The translations under genes and the position numbers were made by a program. A DNA stretch of 64,000 nucleotides, from contig JAGZUI010000001.1 in the NCBI GenBank assembly GCA_018380095.1, positions 172,111 through 236,110 of the forward strand. The letters run 5' to 3'. The notes below the pieces were generated by a model, which ran no database searches, was not told the origin of the DNA, and was given only the letters and a program-made list of their open reading frames with translations. This DNA comes from Atopobium sp. Lineage in GTDB: Bacteria > Actinomycetota > Coriobacteriia > Coriobacteriales > Atopobiaceae. Of the stretch, positions 28,346 through 38,911 are shown one piece after another (position 1 is the stretch's first letter; every line of letters starts with the position of its first letter).

Positions 28346-31108
28346 CTACTTAGTAGCAATCTTCTGTGGACCACCGTTAGCCTGAATCTTAGCCTGTGCT
28401 GCAGCAAGACGTGCAATTGGTACACGGTATGGTGAGCAGGAGACATAGTCAAGACCAAGGTTGTAGTACATGTGGATAGACTCTGGATCGCCACCGGTCT
28501 CACCGCAGACACCAATGGTGAGGTTAGGATTACCCTTACGGCCACCCTCAACGCCCATGCGGACAAGCTCTGCGACACCCTTATCAAGGGTTGCGAATGG
28601 GTTGGTTTTAACAATCTTGCGCTCAAGATAGAGAGGCATGAATGCAGACTCAACGTCGTCACGAGAGAAGCCAAGGCAAGTCTGGGTGAGGTCGTTAGTA
28701 CCGAAGGAGAAGAAGTCTGCGTGCTTAGCAATCTCCTCAGACATGATAGCTGCACGTGGGAGCTCGATCATGGTACCAACTGGGATGTTGAGCTCAACAC
28801 CGTACTCGTCAGCAACCTGCTTGATGGTCTGCTCAACCTCTTCACGGACCTGGATGAGCTCCTCTTCGAAGCCAACCAGAGGAACCATGATCTCTGGACG
28901 AGGGTCAAGACCAACGCGCTTAAGCTCTGCAGCTGCGCTTGCGATAGCGCGGACCTGCATAACGTTGAGCTCTGGGTAGACAAGACCAAGGCGGCAGCCA
29001 CGAAGGCCGAGCATTGGGTTTGCCTCCTGGAAGGCATCAAACTTAGCGAGAAGAGCACGCTTTGCAGCGGCATCCTTGCCCTGCTCCTCATCATGAGCAA
29101 TCTCAACGTCAAGCTCACGTGGAGAATCAAGGAACTCATGCAGTGGTGGGTCAAGAAGACGGACAACAACGTCTTTGCCGTCCATTACCTTGAACATACC
29201 AAGGAAGTCGCCCTTCTGAGCACGGCCAAGCTGCTCAATAGCAAGCTGCTTAACGTCCTCAGAGTCTGCAAGGATGAAGTCCTGAATGAGGTGCTTACGC
29301 TCACCAAGGAACATGTGCTCAGTACGGTCAAGACCGATTGCCTCAGCGCCGTTATCAACGGAAGTCTGAGCGTCTGCTGGGTTATCAGCGTTTGCACGTA
29401 CGCCAATGACGCGACCACGAGACTCGTCAAGACGGACCTCGTCTGCCCATGCAAGGATGGTCTGGAGGTCACCAGAAAGCTCTGGCTGAACAAGCTCAAC
29501 AGCACCAAGGATAACGTCACCGGTGGTACCGTCGATGGAGATAACATCGCCCTCGTTAACAACAAGGCCGGAATCAGCAACGGTGAAGCGCTTGTTAGCA
29601 GCATCAATGCGGAGTGTATCAACACCGCAGACACAAGGAGCGCCCATACCACGAGCAATAACAGCAGCGTGGCTGGTCTTGCCACCGTGGGAAGTCAGGA
29701 TGCCCTCTGCAGCAACCATGCCGTGGAGGTCATCTGGAGTGGTCTCCCAGCGGACAAGAATACAAGGCTTGCCTGCCTCTGCAAAAGCCTCAGCGTCTGC
29801 AGAAGAGAAGACTGCAGCACCAACAGCTGCACCAGGAGAAGCGTTAAGACCCTTAGCGATGGTCTCGTACTCAGCGTTAGGATCAAACTGTGGGTGCAGA
29901 AGCTGATCGAGCTGCTCAGGAGCAACACGAGAAACAGCCTGCTCCTTGGTAATACGACCCTCTTCGTACATCTGAATTGCAACCTTGAGTGCAGACAGAG
30001 CAGTACGCTTACCAACACGAGTCTGAAGCATCCAGAGCTTACCATTCTCAATGGTGAACTCGATGTCCATCATGTCTGCGTAGTGATCCTCAAGAATCTC
30101 AAAGACGTGGAAGAGCTCCTCGCCTGCCTCCTTGAGTGCAGGAACCTTAACAAGATCTGCAATAGGCTCAGTGTTACGAATACCAGCAACAACGTCCTCG
30201 CCCTGAGCGTTAATCAGGAAGTCACCGTAGCGCTCGTTGGTACCGTCTGCAGGGTTACGAGTAAATGCAACACCAGTTGCAGAAGTCTCACCCTTGTTAC
30301 CAAAGACCATGACCTGAACGTTAACTGCAGTACCAAGCTCATCAGGAATCTTGTTCTGCTTGCGGTAAAGGATTGCGCGGTCGTTCATCCAAGAACCAAA
30401 GACTGCCTGCTCAGCAAGGCGGAGCTGGAGGTAAGGATCAGATGGGAAGACAGCGTAGCCGTTCTTGGAGACCTCTGGGTGCTCCTTAACGTCAACGTTT
30501 GCAGCAAAGATACCCTTGAACCAAGTTACAAGGTCACGAAGGTCATTTGCGTCCAGCTCTGTATCAAGCTTAACACCCTTCTCGGCCTTCTTAGCAGCAA
30601 TTGCGTCCTCAAAGAGCTGTCCAGAGACGCCCATAACAACGCCGGAAAACATCTGAACAAAACGACGGTAAGAGTCCCAAGCAAAGCGCTCGTTACCAGT
30701 CTGCTTAATGAGGCCCTGAACGGACTCATCGTTAAGACCAAGGTTAAGAACAGTGTCCATCATGCCAGGCATGGAGAATGGTGCACCAGAACGGACGGAG
30801 ACAAGCAGTGGATCTTCTGCATCGCCGAGCTTCTTGCCCATGCGCTCCTCAAGGGTAGCCATAGCTGCGTCAATCTCATCAGTGACGCCCTCAGGCCAGA
30901 CGTTGCCGTTGTTGGAATAAGCAACGCAAGTTTGGCAAGTAATTGAGAATCCTGGAGGTACAGGCAGACCAATCTTAGACATCTCTGCAAGGTTTGCACC
31001 CTTGCCACCAACAATCCACTTTGCCTCTTCTACGGATGCGCCAGCGACCTCAGTAACATCGTTACCGGCGTGGTCCTTTCCGAAGCTGTAAACGTGCTTC
31101 TCGGACAT
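28346..31108 (-). CDS. ppdK: pyruvate, phosphate dikinase (start moved to ATG at 31108, which has a GGAG RBS)
   Basis: 921 aa; phosphohistidine motif GGKTSHAAVIARGMG, PEP-utilizing C-terminal domain; MSEKHVYSFG matches PPDK N-termini. Confidence 0.95.
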   Translation of the reverse strand: MSEKHVYSFGKDHAGNDVTEVAGASVEEAKWIVGGKGANLAEMSKIGLPVPPGFSITCQTCVAYSNNGNVWPEGVTDEIDAAMATLEERMGKKLGDAEDPLLVSVRSGAPFSMPGMMDTVLNLGLNDESVQGLIKQTGNERFAWDSYRRFVQMFSGVVMGVSGQLFEDAIAAKKAEKGVKLDTELDANDLRDLVTWFKGIFAANVDVKEHPEVSKNGYAVFPSDPYLQLRLAEQAVFGSWMNDRAILYRKQNKIPDELGTAVNVQVMVFGNKGETSATGVAFTRNPADGTNERYGDFLINAQGEDVVAGIRNTEPIADLVKVPALKEAGEELFHVFEILEDHYADMMDIEFTIENGKLWMLQTRVGKRTALSALKVAIQMYEEGRITKEQAVSRVAPEQLDQLLHPQFDPNAEYETIAKGLNASPGAAVGAAVFSSADAEAFAEAGKPCILVRWETTPDDLHGMVAAEGILTSHGGKTSHAAVIARGMGAPCVCGVDTLRIDAANKRFTVADSGLVVNEGDVISIDGTTGDVILGAVELVQPELSGDLQTILAWADEVRLDESRGRVIGVRANADNPADAQTSVDNGAEAIGLDRTEHMFLGERKHLIQDFILADSEDVKQLAIEQLGRAQKGDFLGMFKVMDGKDVVVRLLDPPLHEFLDSPRELDVEIAHDEEQGKDAAAKRALLAKFDAFQEANPMLGLRGCRLGLVYPELNVMQVRAIASAAAELKRVGLDPRPEIMVPLVGFEEELIQVREEVEQTIKQVADEYGVELNIPVGTMIELPRAAIMSEEIAKHADFFSFGTNDLTQTCLGFSRDDVESAFMPLYLERKIVKTNPFATLDKGVAELVRMGVEGGRKGNPNLTIGVCGETGGDPESIHMYYNLGLDYVSCSPYRVPIARLAAAQAKIQANGGPQKIATK

Positions 31109-31321
31109 AACACTCCAAACTCTCAAACTGTCACACGCAAAGCGTGCACCAACACAATTGAACGCAAAGACATCAAACCAAACAAAGTAGGTTCTGTCCT
31201 CACATTCATAGTATGTTACCAACCTACGCGATTCATCTGAACAAAATAACGGTGAGCGGTCAATATCGACCGTTCACAGAATGATTTACAAACTTATGGT
31301 TGCAAATTGTGAAATTCTCCA

Positions 31322-31354
31322 TAAAGAAAATGAGCACCCAAGGTGGATGCTCAT
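31322..31354 (-). terminator. intrinsic terminator immediately after the truncated PDRP ORF
   Basis: ATGAGCATCC acctt GGGTGCTCAT (10 bp, one G:U) then TTTCTTTAT on minus strand. Confidence 0.7.
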
Positions 31355-31389
31355 TTAACTTTTTGATATTTTGAGGCATCAGCACTCTC

Positions 31390-31785
31390 TTAGCGCGTAA
31401 CTCCCTCAAAGAAAGCGCCAATTGCATGACTTGGCTCTTCACCCGTAAGCGTAGAAATAACGTTTACTGCTGGTCCCAGAAGGTCAATAGATGGGATGAG
31501 GCGCTGATCAAGCTCACGACGAATCTCTCTTCTGAGAGAGCCATCTGCAAAGGTGTGGAAGACTGCACGAGGGCGATCCTCATCTTCATGCTCATTGAAA
31601 TACGCGCGAACGTCTTCAACGCTATGAATATTTGGAACCCTTACAATCTCTACGGAATCATCGCCAAACTGAGCAGCAGCAGCCTTAACTACTGCAGCAC
31701 CAGTCTCTCCGCGAGAGTCTGACAAAACATAGACGATAGGCAGACCGTCACCAAGAGTGTTGTTGTCAATATCAAGTGTGCTCAT
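31390..31785 (-). pseudogene. truncated pyruvate,phosphate dikinase regulatory protein (PDRP/DUF299): N-terminal domain only, C-terminal P-loop domain absent
   Basis: 131 aa ORF with IVYVLSDSRGETGAAV (PDRP N-terminal signature); full-length PDRPs are about 270 aa with a GVSRTSKTP P-loop, which is not encoded in any frame of the remaining 280 nt before ppdK. Confidence 0.6.
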
Positions 31786-31846
31786 GCTGTAACCCTTTCA
31801 GTCAAGTATTCAGAAAGATACAAACATTTATCAGTCTAAGCGTACC

Positions 31847-33934
31847 CTACTTCTTACGAGAAAGCACACTAATATCGGCGACATTACTAAATACCTGGGC
31901 AAACTTGTTTAAAAGACGCAAACGATTTCGGCGAACGGTATCATTTTCATCCATAACAAGCACTTTGTCGAAGAAAATGTCAATTGGCTCACGCAGTTGT
32001 GACAGTGCAGAAACAGCAGCAGCATAGTCTGCACCAGCAAGAGCGGAAGCCACCTGCTTCTGGCCCTCTTCGCAGGCAGCAAGCAATGACATCTCTGGCT
32101 CTGACAGAAGCTCTGTATCAACTTCTGTACCAAGTGAAGCATCACTGAGGTGAGCTGCACGTGCATAAGCGGTAGCAAGGTCCTCAAAGAGCTCAGGCTC
32201 GTTCTGACGTGCTTCATCAAGTGCGCGAGCACGCTGAAGGAACTCATCAGGATTGATAACGCCAATTGCGCTAACAGCCTCAATAGCATCTGCAGAGATC
32301 TTCTCGTCCTTAGCAATAGATGCAAGGCGGCCAATAAAGTACTGCTCAACCTGGGACTGAACAGACTCGTCAACAGCAAGACCCTGCTGGCGGTAAAGCT
32401 CCAGAGAGCTTGCAATAAGCTTCTTGAGGTCAAGGTTGGAGGTAGAGCGGACCAGCGCAATGACGCCAATTGCTGCACGACGAACAGCGTAAGGATCGGA
32501 AGAGCCGGTTGGTGGCTCGTTGATAGCAAAGATGCCGCAGATGGTATCAAGCTTGTCAGCAATAGCTACAAAGCGACCAATCTGGCCACTTGGGAGCTCG
32601 TCACCGGCAAAGCGAGGACGATAGTGCTCGCGAATAGCTGCAGCTACATCGCTCTTCTCGCCAGCTGCCTCTGCGTAGTAGCCACCCATAACGCCCTGCT
32701 GGCTGGTGAACTCGACAACTGCCTGGCTGACAAGGTCTGCCTTAGCAAGATGAGCAGCTCGAGCAGCAAGCTCTGCCTCTTCTTGGCTAGATGTCTCGTC
32801 GAGTGCAATCTCTGCAGCAAGAGCCTCCATACGCTGGGTCTTCTGCAGAACTGTGCCAAGCTTCTCCTGAAAGACAACGGTCTCAAGGCGCTGAGCAAAC
32901 TCGTCAAGCGTGTGCTTCAAATCCTCCTCAAAGAAGAACTTAGCATCGTCGAGGCGAGCACGAACAACGCGCTCGTTGCCGTCAATGACGCGCTCGGCGC
33001 ATGATGGGTCTGCATTAGAAACCACAATAAACTCGCGAGTCAGCTTACCCTCAGCGTCATAGATTGGGAAATAGCGCTGGTTGGAAAGCATGGACTCAGT
33101 AATAATCTCTGAAGGAACGTTGAGGAATTCCTCGTCAAAGGTACCCACAAGAACCTGAGGCCACTCAGTTAGGTTAATGACCTCCTCAAAGACCTTCTCT
33201 GGCATATCAACGTGAGAGCCCGGACGAGCAGCCTCTACCTCTTTGATACCGGCGAAAATAACGTCTTTTCTCTGCTCCTGAAGCAAAACGCCAGCATCTT
33301 TAAGTACCTGCTCATAGTCAGCTGGACTTGCTACCTCATGGTATCCAGGACCAAGAACACGATGGCCCTGGGTGGTGTTTGAGCTAGTTACATCAGCGTA
33401 CGTAACAGGAACAATCTCTGAACCAAAGAGGACGCACAGCCAGCGAACAGGACGAACGTAGCGCTCATGGAAAGAACCCCAGCGCTGACTACGAGGCCAA
33501 TCAAGTGCAGAAATCCAAGAAGTTGCCAGCTCAGAGAGAATCTTTGTCGCAGGAACTGAAGGAATATTGAGCTCTGCAAAGACGTACTCATGACCGTCAG
33601 TATCTACACGACGAGTCAGCGCATCAGCGTTTACACCGCACTTACGAGCAAATCCCTCAGCAGCCTTAGTTGGATTGCCTTCTGTATCAAAAGCAATCTC
33701 TGCCTTAGGACCACGCTTGACCTCGGAAATCTCTTCTGTAGCCTCAGCAACGTCCTTTACATAAGCAGTTAAACGACGAGGTGTCGAGAGGATCTTAACC
33801 TCTCCAAATGACAAACCAGAGTCTTTAAGTCCGGAAACGACAAGCTTATTGAACTGAGCAATAGCTTTCTGCAATGGAGCAGAAGGCATCTCTTCAGAAC
33901 CAATCTCAAAAAGGAAGTCTCTAACCTCAGCCAT
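31847..33934 (-). CDS. glyS: glycyl-tRNA synthetase beta subunit
   Basis: 695 aa, GlyS family, abuts glyQ. Confidence 0.95.
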   Translation of the reverse strand: MAEVRDFLFEIGSEEMPSAPLQKAIAQFNKLVVSGLKDSGLSFGEVKILSTPRRLTAYVKDVAEATEEISEVKRGPKAEIAFDTEGNPTKAAEGFARKCGVNADALTRRVDTDGHEYVFAELNIPSVPATKILSELATSWISALDWPRSQRWGSFHERYVRPVRWLCVLFGSEIVPVTYADVTSSNTTQGHRVLGPGYHEVASPADYEQVLKDAGVLLQEQRKDVIFAGIKEVEAARPGSHVDMPEKVFEEVINLTEWPQVLVGTFDEEFLNVPSEIITESMLSNQRYFPIYDAEGKLTREFIVVSNADPSCAERVIDGNERVVRARLDDAKFFFEEDLKHTLDEFAQRLETVVFQEKLGTVLQKTQRMEALAAEIALDETSSQEEAELAARAAHLAKADLVSQAVVEFTSQQGVMGGYYAEAAGEKSDVAAAIREHYRPRFAGDELPSGQIGRFVAIADKLDTICGIFAINEPPTGSSDPYAVRRAAIGVIALVRSTSNLDLKKLIASSLELYRQQGLAVDESVQSQVEQYFIGRLASIAKDEKISADAIEAVSAIGVINPDEFLQRARALDEARQNEPELFEDLATAYARAAHLSDASLGTEVDTELLSEPEMSLLAACEEGQKQVASALAGADYAAAVSALSQLREPIDIFFDKVLVMDENDTVRRNRLRLLNKFAQVFSNVADISVLSRKK

Positions 33935-34849
33935 TTAAGCCACCTCCTCCTGAGTAGTTGCTGCAGGTGCTTTCTTAGAAGCAACCTCCTCCAAATACGA
34001 TTCGCAGCATGCCTTAGCAACGGTGCGAACGCGAAGAATATAGTTAGCTCTCTCAACAGCAGAAAGAGCACCACGAGAGTCAAGTAGGTTGAATGCATGA
34101 CTGCACTTCATAACACAGTCATATGCAGGTAGTGGAAGCTTGCGCTCAAGGCAGCTATGGCACTCTGCCTCATACTCGTCGAACTTCTCGCGCATAAGCT
34201 CAATGTTGGCTACCTCAAAGTTATAAGTTGAGAACTCACGCTCGTTCTCCAAAAATACCTGGCCGTACGTCATTGGCGTGCCGTCTGGCAGGTAACTCCA
34301 TACCAGGTCATAGACGGAATCTACACCCTGAGCATACATAGCAATACGCTCAAGACCATAGGTAATCTCAACAGGAACTGGGTCTACCTCAATGCCACCT
34401 ACCTGCTGGAAGTACGTGAACTGAGTGACCTCCATGCCGTTGAGCCAGACCTCCCAACCAAGACCCCAAGCACCAAGCGTTGGGCTCTCCCAGTCGTCCT
34501 CAACAAAGCGAACGTCGTGGTCTTTTGGATCAAGACCAATAGCAGCAAGTGAGCCAAGATAGAGATCTTGAGAGTCTGCAGGAGATGGCTTGAGCAAGAC
34601 CTGGAACTGATAGTAATGCTGCAAGCGGTTGGGGTTCTCGCCATAGCGTCCATCAGCAGGACGACGACAAGGCTGTGGATAGCAGGTACGCCAGGCATCG
34701 GGGCCAAGTGAGCGCAGGATAGTTGCGGTGTGGAAGGTACCGGCACCTACCTCAGAGTCATATGGCTGCATGACCGTGCAGCCTTTTTCTGCCCAATAGT
34801 GTTCAAGGGTCAAAATCATATCTTGAAACGTAAGTGGTGTTGCGCCCAT
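33935..34849 (-). CDS. glyQ: glycyl-tRNA synthetase alpha subunit
   Basis: 304 aa, highly conserved GlyQ sequence ([18 protein letters not shown]). Confidence 0.95.
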   Translation of the reverse strand: MGATPLTFQDMILTLEHYWAEKGCTVMQPYDSEVGAGTFHTATILRSLGPDAWRTCYPQPCRRPADGRYGENPNRLQHYYQFQVLLKPSPADSQDLYLGSLAAIGLDPKDHDVRFVEDDWESPTLGAWGLGWEVWLNGMEVTQFTYFQQVGGIEVDPVPVEITYGLERIAMYAQGVDSVYDLVWSYLPDGTPMTYGQVFLENEREFSTYNFEVANIELMREKFDEYEAECHSCLERKLPLPAYDCVMKCSHAFNLLDSRGALSAVERANYILRVRTVAKACCESYLEEVASKKAPAATTQEEVA

Positions 34850-34882
34850 GATGTTCTTTCTCTCAAATGTCCGACGTAAGTA

Positions 34883-35461
34883 CTATAGCCCGCGAGCATG
34901 GTCAAAGGGCCAGAAAATAAACATTGCCTTAGAGGTCACGGTAGAAACCGCAACAGCTCCAAAATATCTGGAATCCAGCGAGTTTGTTCTGTTGTCCCCC
35001 ATAACAAAAATATGACCTGCAGGAACAGTATACGGATAATTCTGAATTACGGCACCGTTGCGATCCGCAAGAGAATAGGTTGGCTTGCCCTCAGTGTAAG
35101 GCTCGTCCATAAGCTGACCATCAACATACACAGCACCGTCGCGCAAATCTACCGTTTGACCTGCTGTAGCAATGACGCGCTTAACTAAAAGCGTATCGGG
35201 ATTCTGAGGACTGGTGAAGGTAACCACATCACCTGCTTGCGGAGTACCGCCAAATCGATAGGTAAGTTTCTCTCCTACCAAACGATCCCCCAGCTGGATG
35301 GTATTGAGCATGGACCCTGTTGGAACCTCATATACCTCAGCGACAAACGTTCTAATAAAAAACGCCAGCGCAACAGCAACTGCAACAATTACCAGGTATT
35401 CAAAAATTTCAAGTACTTTGGAATGTCCACTACTCATCGTCATCACCAGATTGCTGATCAA
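34883..35461 (-). CDS. lepB: signal peptidase I
   Basis: 192 aa, TM anchor then SM box PTGSMLNT and catalytic-Lys region. Confidence 0.85.
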   Translation of the reverse strand: MISNLVMTMSSGHSKVLEIFEYLVIVAVAVALAFFIRTFVAEVYEVPTGSMLNTIQLGDRLVGEKLTYRFGGTPQAGDVVTFTSPQNPDTLLVKRVIATAGQTVDLRDGAVYVDGQLMDEPYTEGKPTYSLADRNGAVIQNYPYTVPAGHIFVMGDNRTNSLDSRYFGAVAVSTVTSKAMFIFWPFDHARGL

Positions 35462-36188
35462 GTTCTGCTAAATACGCTCTGTCCTTCTCAGTGAGCTGAG
35501 CGCTCTCTAAGAGGTCTGGGCGCCACGCACGAGTGCGAGTAAGTGCAGATTGTCGTCTCCAGACTGCTACCGCTCCGTGGTCTCCTGAAAGAAGCACAGA
35601 CGGAACTTCTCGCCCCTCAAAGTTTGCTGGACGCGTGTACTGAGCATACTCAAGAAGGCCATCGTCGGAGAATGACTCATCCTGTGAGCTCATCTCATCG
35701 CCAAGCGCACCAGGAAGTAAGCGAACAACCGAGTCAATCACGGTAAGCGCAGGAAGCTCTCCACCCGTCAGCACGTAATCTCCCATAGAAATAACGTCAT
35801 CTGCCAGCTCGTAGACGCGCTCGTCCATGCCCTCATAGCGACCACAAACAAACAGAATGCGCTCCTTTTGAGCAAACTCTTGGGCGATAGCTTGAGAATA
35901 CGGCCTACCAACTGGCGAGAAAAACACCACGTGGGGCTTAGGTTCTGCCTGATCAGAAATCTCACGAACTGCCTCAAAGATGGGAGCAGGCTTCATAAGC
36001 ATGCCTTGTCCACCACCAAAAGGAGCATCATCTACCGTACGATGCCTATCATGCGTCCAGTCACGCAAGTCATGCGCATAGAACTCAAAAATATTTGCCT
36101 TTTGAGCTCTGCCCATAATGGAAGCATTTAAATAGGGCGAGAAGACCTCAGGAAATACTGAGAGCGTTTCTAGACGCATGCTACTCAC
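35430..36188 (-). CDS. trmD: tRNA (guanine37-N1)-methyltransferase
   Basis: 252 aa, TrmD family. Confidence 0.95.
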   Translation of the reverse strand: MSSMRLETLSVFPEVFSPYLNASIMGRAQKANIFEFYAHDLRDWTHDRHRTVDDAPFGGGQGMLMKPAPIFEAVREISDQAEPKPHVVFFSPVGRPYSQAIAQEFAQKERILFVCGRYEGMDERVYELADDVISMGDYVLTGGELPALTVIDSVVRLLPGALGDEMSSQDESFSDDGLLEYAQYTRPANFEGREVPSVLLSGDHGAVAVWRRQSALTRTRAWRPDLLESAQLTEKDRAYLAELDQQSGDDDE

Positions 36189-36702
36189 CTAACCTAAGAA
36201 GGCCCTGAGGAATTGAGACGGTAATGGAGCCCTCGGCTGGGGCCTCTTTGATAAATTCATCCACGGCAGGCATCAGCACCTGTCCAAAAGGCCCCTCTAT
36301 TACCCACACATTTTGTGTAGGTCCAACAAGAACTTCTGTAATTTCACCCAGAAAACCATGTTCTGTATCACGTACTTCTCTACCCACAAGTAGAGAAACA
36401 TTTACCAGACCAAAGTTTTCTGGAAGACAATCTTCTTCTACCAGAAGCGTTTTACCCACAAGCTCTTCAGCGTCTGAGATGGTAGTTACGTCTTCAAAAG
36501 TTACAAGACTACCTTCTCTGTCATCTGACTCAACAGAGACAACTGAGAACTGCCTTGGGCCTTTAAGTGCAGGCGGAACAGGAACAACTGTCATGCCTTC
36601 AGCTATAAGAGAAGGAAGGCTGTGAACGGGAACCGTCACAACCTCCCCTCTTTTACCATGCGTTTTAACAATTTGAGCAATTGCTCGCCAGTGTTTACGC
36701 AA
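36181..36702 (-). CDS. rimM: 16S rRNA processing protein RimM
   Basis: 173 aa, RimM family, between KH gene and trmD. Confidence 0.9.
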   Translation of the reverse strand: MRKHWRAIAQIVKTHGKRGEVVTVPVHSLPSLIAEGMTVVPVPPALKGPRQFSVVSVESDDREGSLVTFEDVTTISDAEELVGKTLLVEEDCLPENFGLVNVSLLVGREVRDTEHGFLGEITEVLVGPTQNVWVIEGPFGQVLMPAVDEFIKEAPAEGSITVSIPQGLLRLGE

Positions 36703-36704
36703 AA

Positions 36705-37007
36705 TTAGCCTACAACCTCGACATCAACAGAGGTGCCAACACGCTGGCCAAGAGCACGAGCCAAAGTACGAATAGCCTTAATGGTTCTACCCTTGCGGCC
36801 GATGACACGTCCAGCGTCTTCCTCAGAGCAAGAAACCTCAATCAAGGCTCCATCCTCGCGATCGGTGACGTCGAGTGCAACAGCATCTTCATTATCGACA
36901 AGACCACAAACGATGTACTCAACAAGGTCAGCAACCTTGTCAGAAGGCATCTCCTGAATGTCTTGATCGACAGCGTCTACCTCAGTGGGCTCTGTGAATT
37001 CAGACAC
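36705..37007 (-). CDS. KH-domain RNA-binding protein (YlqC-like); start uncertain (GTG 37007 or ATG 36950)
   Basis: GRVIGRKGRTIKAIR GxxG KH signature; conserved slot between rpsP and rimM. Confidence 0.7.
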   Translation of the reverse strand: MSEFTEPTEVDAVDQDIQEMPSDKVADLVEYIVCGLVDNEDAVALDVTDREDGALIEVSCSEEDAGRVIGRKGRTIKAIRTLARALGQRVGTSVDVEVVG

Positions 37008-37010
37008 GAT

Positions 37011-37394
37011 TTACTCAGCCTCTGGAGCCTCGGACTCCTCAGCAGCTGCGGCAGCAGCCTCAGCAGCAGCCTCTGCAGCTGCAGCAGCCTTTGCCTGTGC
37101 CTTCTTGGAGAGCTTGGTCTTCTTCTCTGCAACTGGAGCACCAGTACGAGCAATCTCAATGAGGTGAGAAACTGCGCTTGTTGGCTGAGCGCCCTTTGCT
37201 ACCCACTCGTCAACCTTCTCGAGGTTGATATCAATCGTCTTTGGGCTAGTCAGTGGGTTATAACGACCGACTTCTTCAATGTAACGACCATCGCGAGGCA
37301 TGCGACCATCAGCGACAACTACGCGATAGTACGGACGCTTCTTGGCACCGTGACGGGCCAGACGAATCTTAACTGCCAATGAAAACTCCTCCAT
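37011..37394 (-). CDS. rpsP: 30S ribosomal protein S16 with Ala/Glu-rich C-terminal tail (start moved to ATG at 37394)
   Basis: [27 protein letters not shown] matches S16; the ORF-track 5' extension is non-homologous. Confidence 0.9.
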   Translation of the reverse strand: MEEFSLAVKIRLARHGAKKRPYYRVVVADGRMPRDGRYIEEVGRYNPLTSPKTIDINLEKVDEWVAKGAQPTSAVSHLIEIARTGAPVAEKKTKLSKKAQAKAAAAAEAAAEAAAAAAEESEAPEAE

Positions 37395-37525
37395 ACGAGC
37401 GGTGCCTCGGATGTTAGATGGGCTGCACCGCAAAGCCACAAATCGGGTTACAAGTGTACAACAACGCGTTAACCTCGAAAAGTATAAATTTGTTCTCTTC
37501 AAAAAGTACTCGTAATTTATGTATG

Positions 37526-37537
37526 AAACACTTGTTC
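37526..37537 (+). promoter_or_regulatory. candidate LexA/SOS box AAAC-ACTT-GTTC overlapping the putative -35 of dinB
   Basis: Matches GAAC-N4-GTTC at 7 of 8 consensus positions; 30 nt upstream of the dinB ATG; dinB is a canonical SOS gene. Confidence 0.35.
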
Positions 37538-37566
37538 TATTTACGTAAAAAGTATACACTATATCT

Positions 37567-38901
37567 ATGGAGACGTCAAAGAACATATCAGATAAAACCG
37601 CACGTAAATCGTGTGATTTTGAATGGCATGGTAAGGCTATTGGCCTTCTTGACTTAGATGCGTTCTTTGCATCTGTAGAACAACTTGATCATCCTGAGTG
37701 GCGTGGAAAACCTGTAATTGTAGGAGGTTCTCCTCACAAACGGGGCGTTGTTTCAACCGCATCTTATGAAGCAAGAAAGTATGGCGTTCATTCTGCCATG
37801 CCTTCAGCTACTGCAGTAAGGCTTTGTCCTCATGCAATTTGGACTTCAGGACGTTATGACAGATACTCAGAAATGAGCACTCTTGTTATGGGTTTTCTCA
37901 AAGATGAGACTCCCCTTGTTGAACAAGTTTCTATTGATGAGGCATTTTTTGACATTACTCCTGGAAGATTTTCTAAAGAAAATCCTTTAGAAATTTGTAA
38001 GCGCATACAAAAGAAAGTTGCAGCACTAGGTATTACCTGCTCCATTGGACTAGGAACAAATAAAACAATTGCCAAGATTGCTTCTGAACAAGAAAAGCCT
38101 CGAGGTCTTACTGCGGTCTTTCCTGGTACAGAGGGCCGCTTTCTAGCACCACTGCCCATTGAGGCAATGAGCGGCATTGGTCCTGCTATGGCAAAAACTC
38201 TTCATCAGCAAGGAATCAAAACGCTTGGAGAACTCTCAAGAGCAGATGCAACGTATCTCACTTCCCTTGTAGGCAATACTGCCTCAAAGATGATTTTGCG
38301 CGCGCAGGGAAAAGAAATTTCAGAGGTTCATGAAGCTGCTCAACCTCGCGATGTTAAGTCTGTTTCTAACGAGAGAACCTTTGAAACAGATTTGTTTGAT
38401 AAACAAGAAATAGAAGAAGCAATCAGACACATCTCTGGTGTAGTAGGCAGACGTCTTCGCCGCAAACAGTTACAAGGTTATACCGTAACGCTTAAGGTAA
38501 AAGCTTCTGCAACAGAGTCTCATACCGCTCAAAAAAGAATGTCTACTCCAACTGATGATGAACATCTCTTTGCAGAGATTGCCGTTGGCCTTCTTTCAAC
38601 CATTTGGAAAGAAGGCCAACCAGTAAGACTTCTTGGTGTTGGCATTAGTTCATTTACAGATGAGACACAGAGTAAGCCTGTTCAAACGTCTCTTTTTGAT
38701 CAATTTGAAGACACGTTTGATGTGGCAGCCTCTGGACCCGCAACAAAAAAGAAACCTCGGAGTGACTTACGTCATCTCTCCGAGGTAACCGATAAACTCA
38801 AAGATAAATTTGGCGCAGATGCTGTGCAGTATGGTAGAGACCTACGCTTTGAGCATCGCGTTTCAGACACCATGCCTACAGGCAAAAACGAGCAGATCTA
38901 G
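37567..38901 (+). CDS. dinB: DNA polymerase IV (Y-family)
   Basis: 444 aa; [12 protein letters not shown] and catalytic motifs of the UmuC/DinB family. Confidence 0.9.
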   Translation: METSKNISDKTARKSCDFEWHGKAIGLLDLDAFFASVEQLDHPEWRGKPVIVGGSPHKRGVVSTASYEARKYGVHSAMPSATAVRLCPHAIWTSGRYDRYSEMSTLVMGFLKDETPLVEQVSIDEAFFDITPGRFSKENPLEICKRIQKKVAALGITCSIGLGTNKTIAKIASEQEKPRGLTAVFPGTEGRFLAPLPIEAMSGIGPAMAKTLHQQGIKTLGELSRADATYLTSLVGNTASKMILRAQGKEISEVHEAAQPRDVKSVSNERTFETDLFDKQEIEEAIRHISGVVGRRLRRKQLQGYTVTLKVKASATESHTAQKRMSTPTDDEHLFAEIAVGLLSTIWKEGQPVRLLGVGISSFTDETQSKPVQTSLFDQFEDTFDVAASGPATKKKPRSDLRHLSEVTDKLKDKFGADAVQYGRDLRFEHRVSDTMPTGKNEQI

Positions 38902-38911
38902 GACGCTCAAC

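Noticed and set aside
28472-30946. 824-aa plus-strand ORF
   Set aside because: It lies entirely antisense to ppdK, which has an unmistakable PPDK translation. Its composition is Leu/Ser/Cys/Asn-rich with no motifs. It is a frame artefact of a long gene.
32150-33004. 284-aa plus-strand ORF
   Set aside because: It is antisense to glyS, which is clearly identified.
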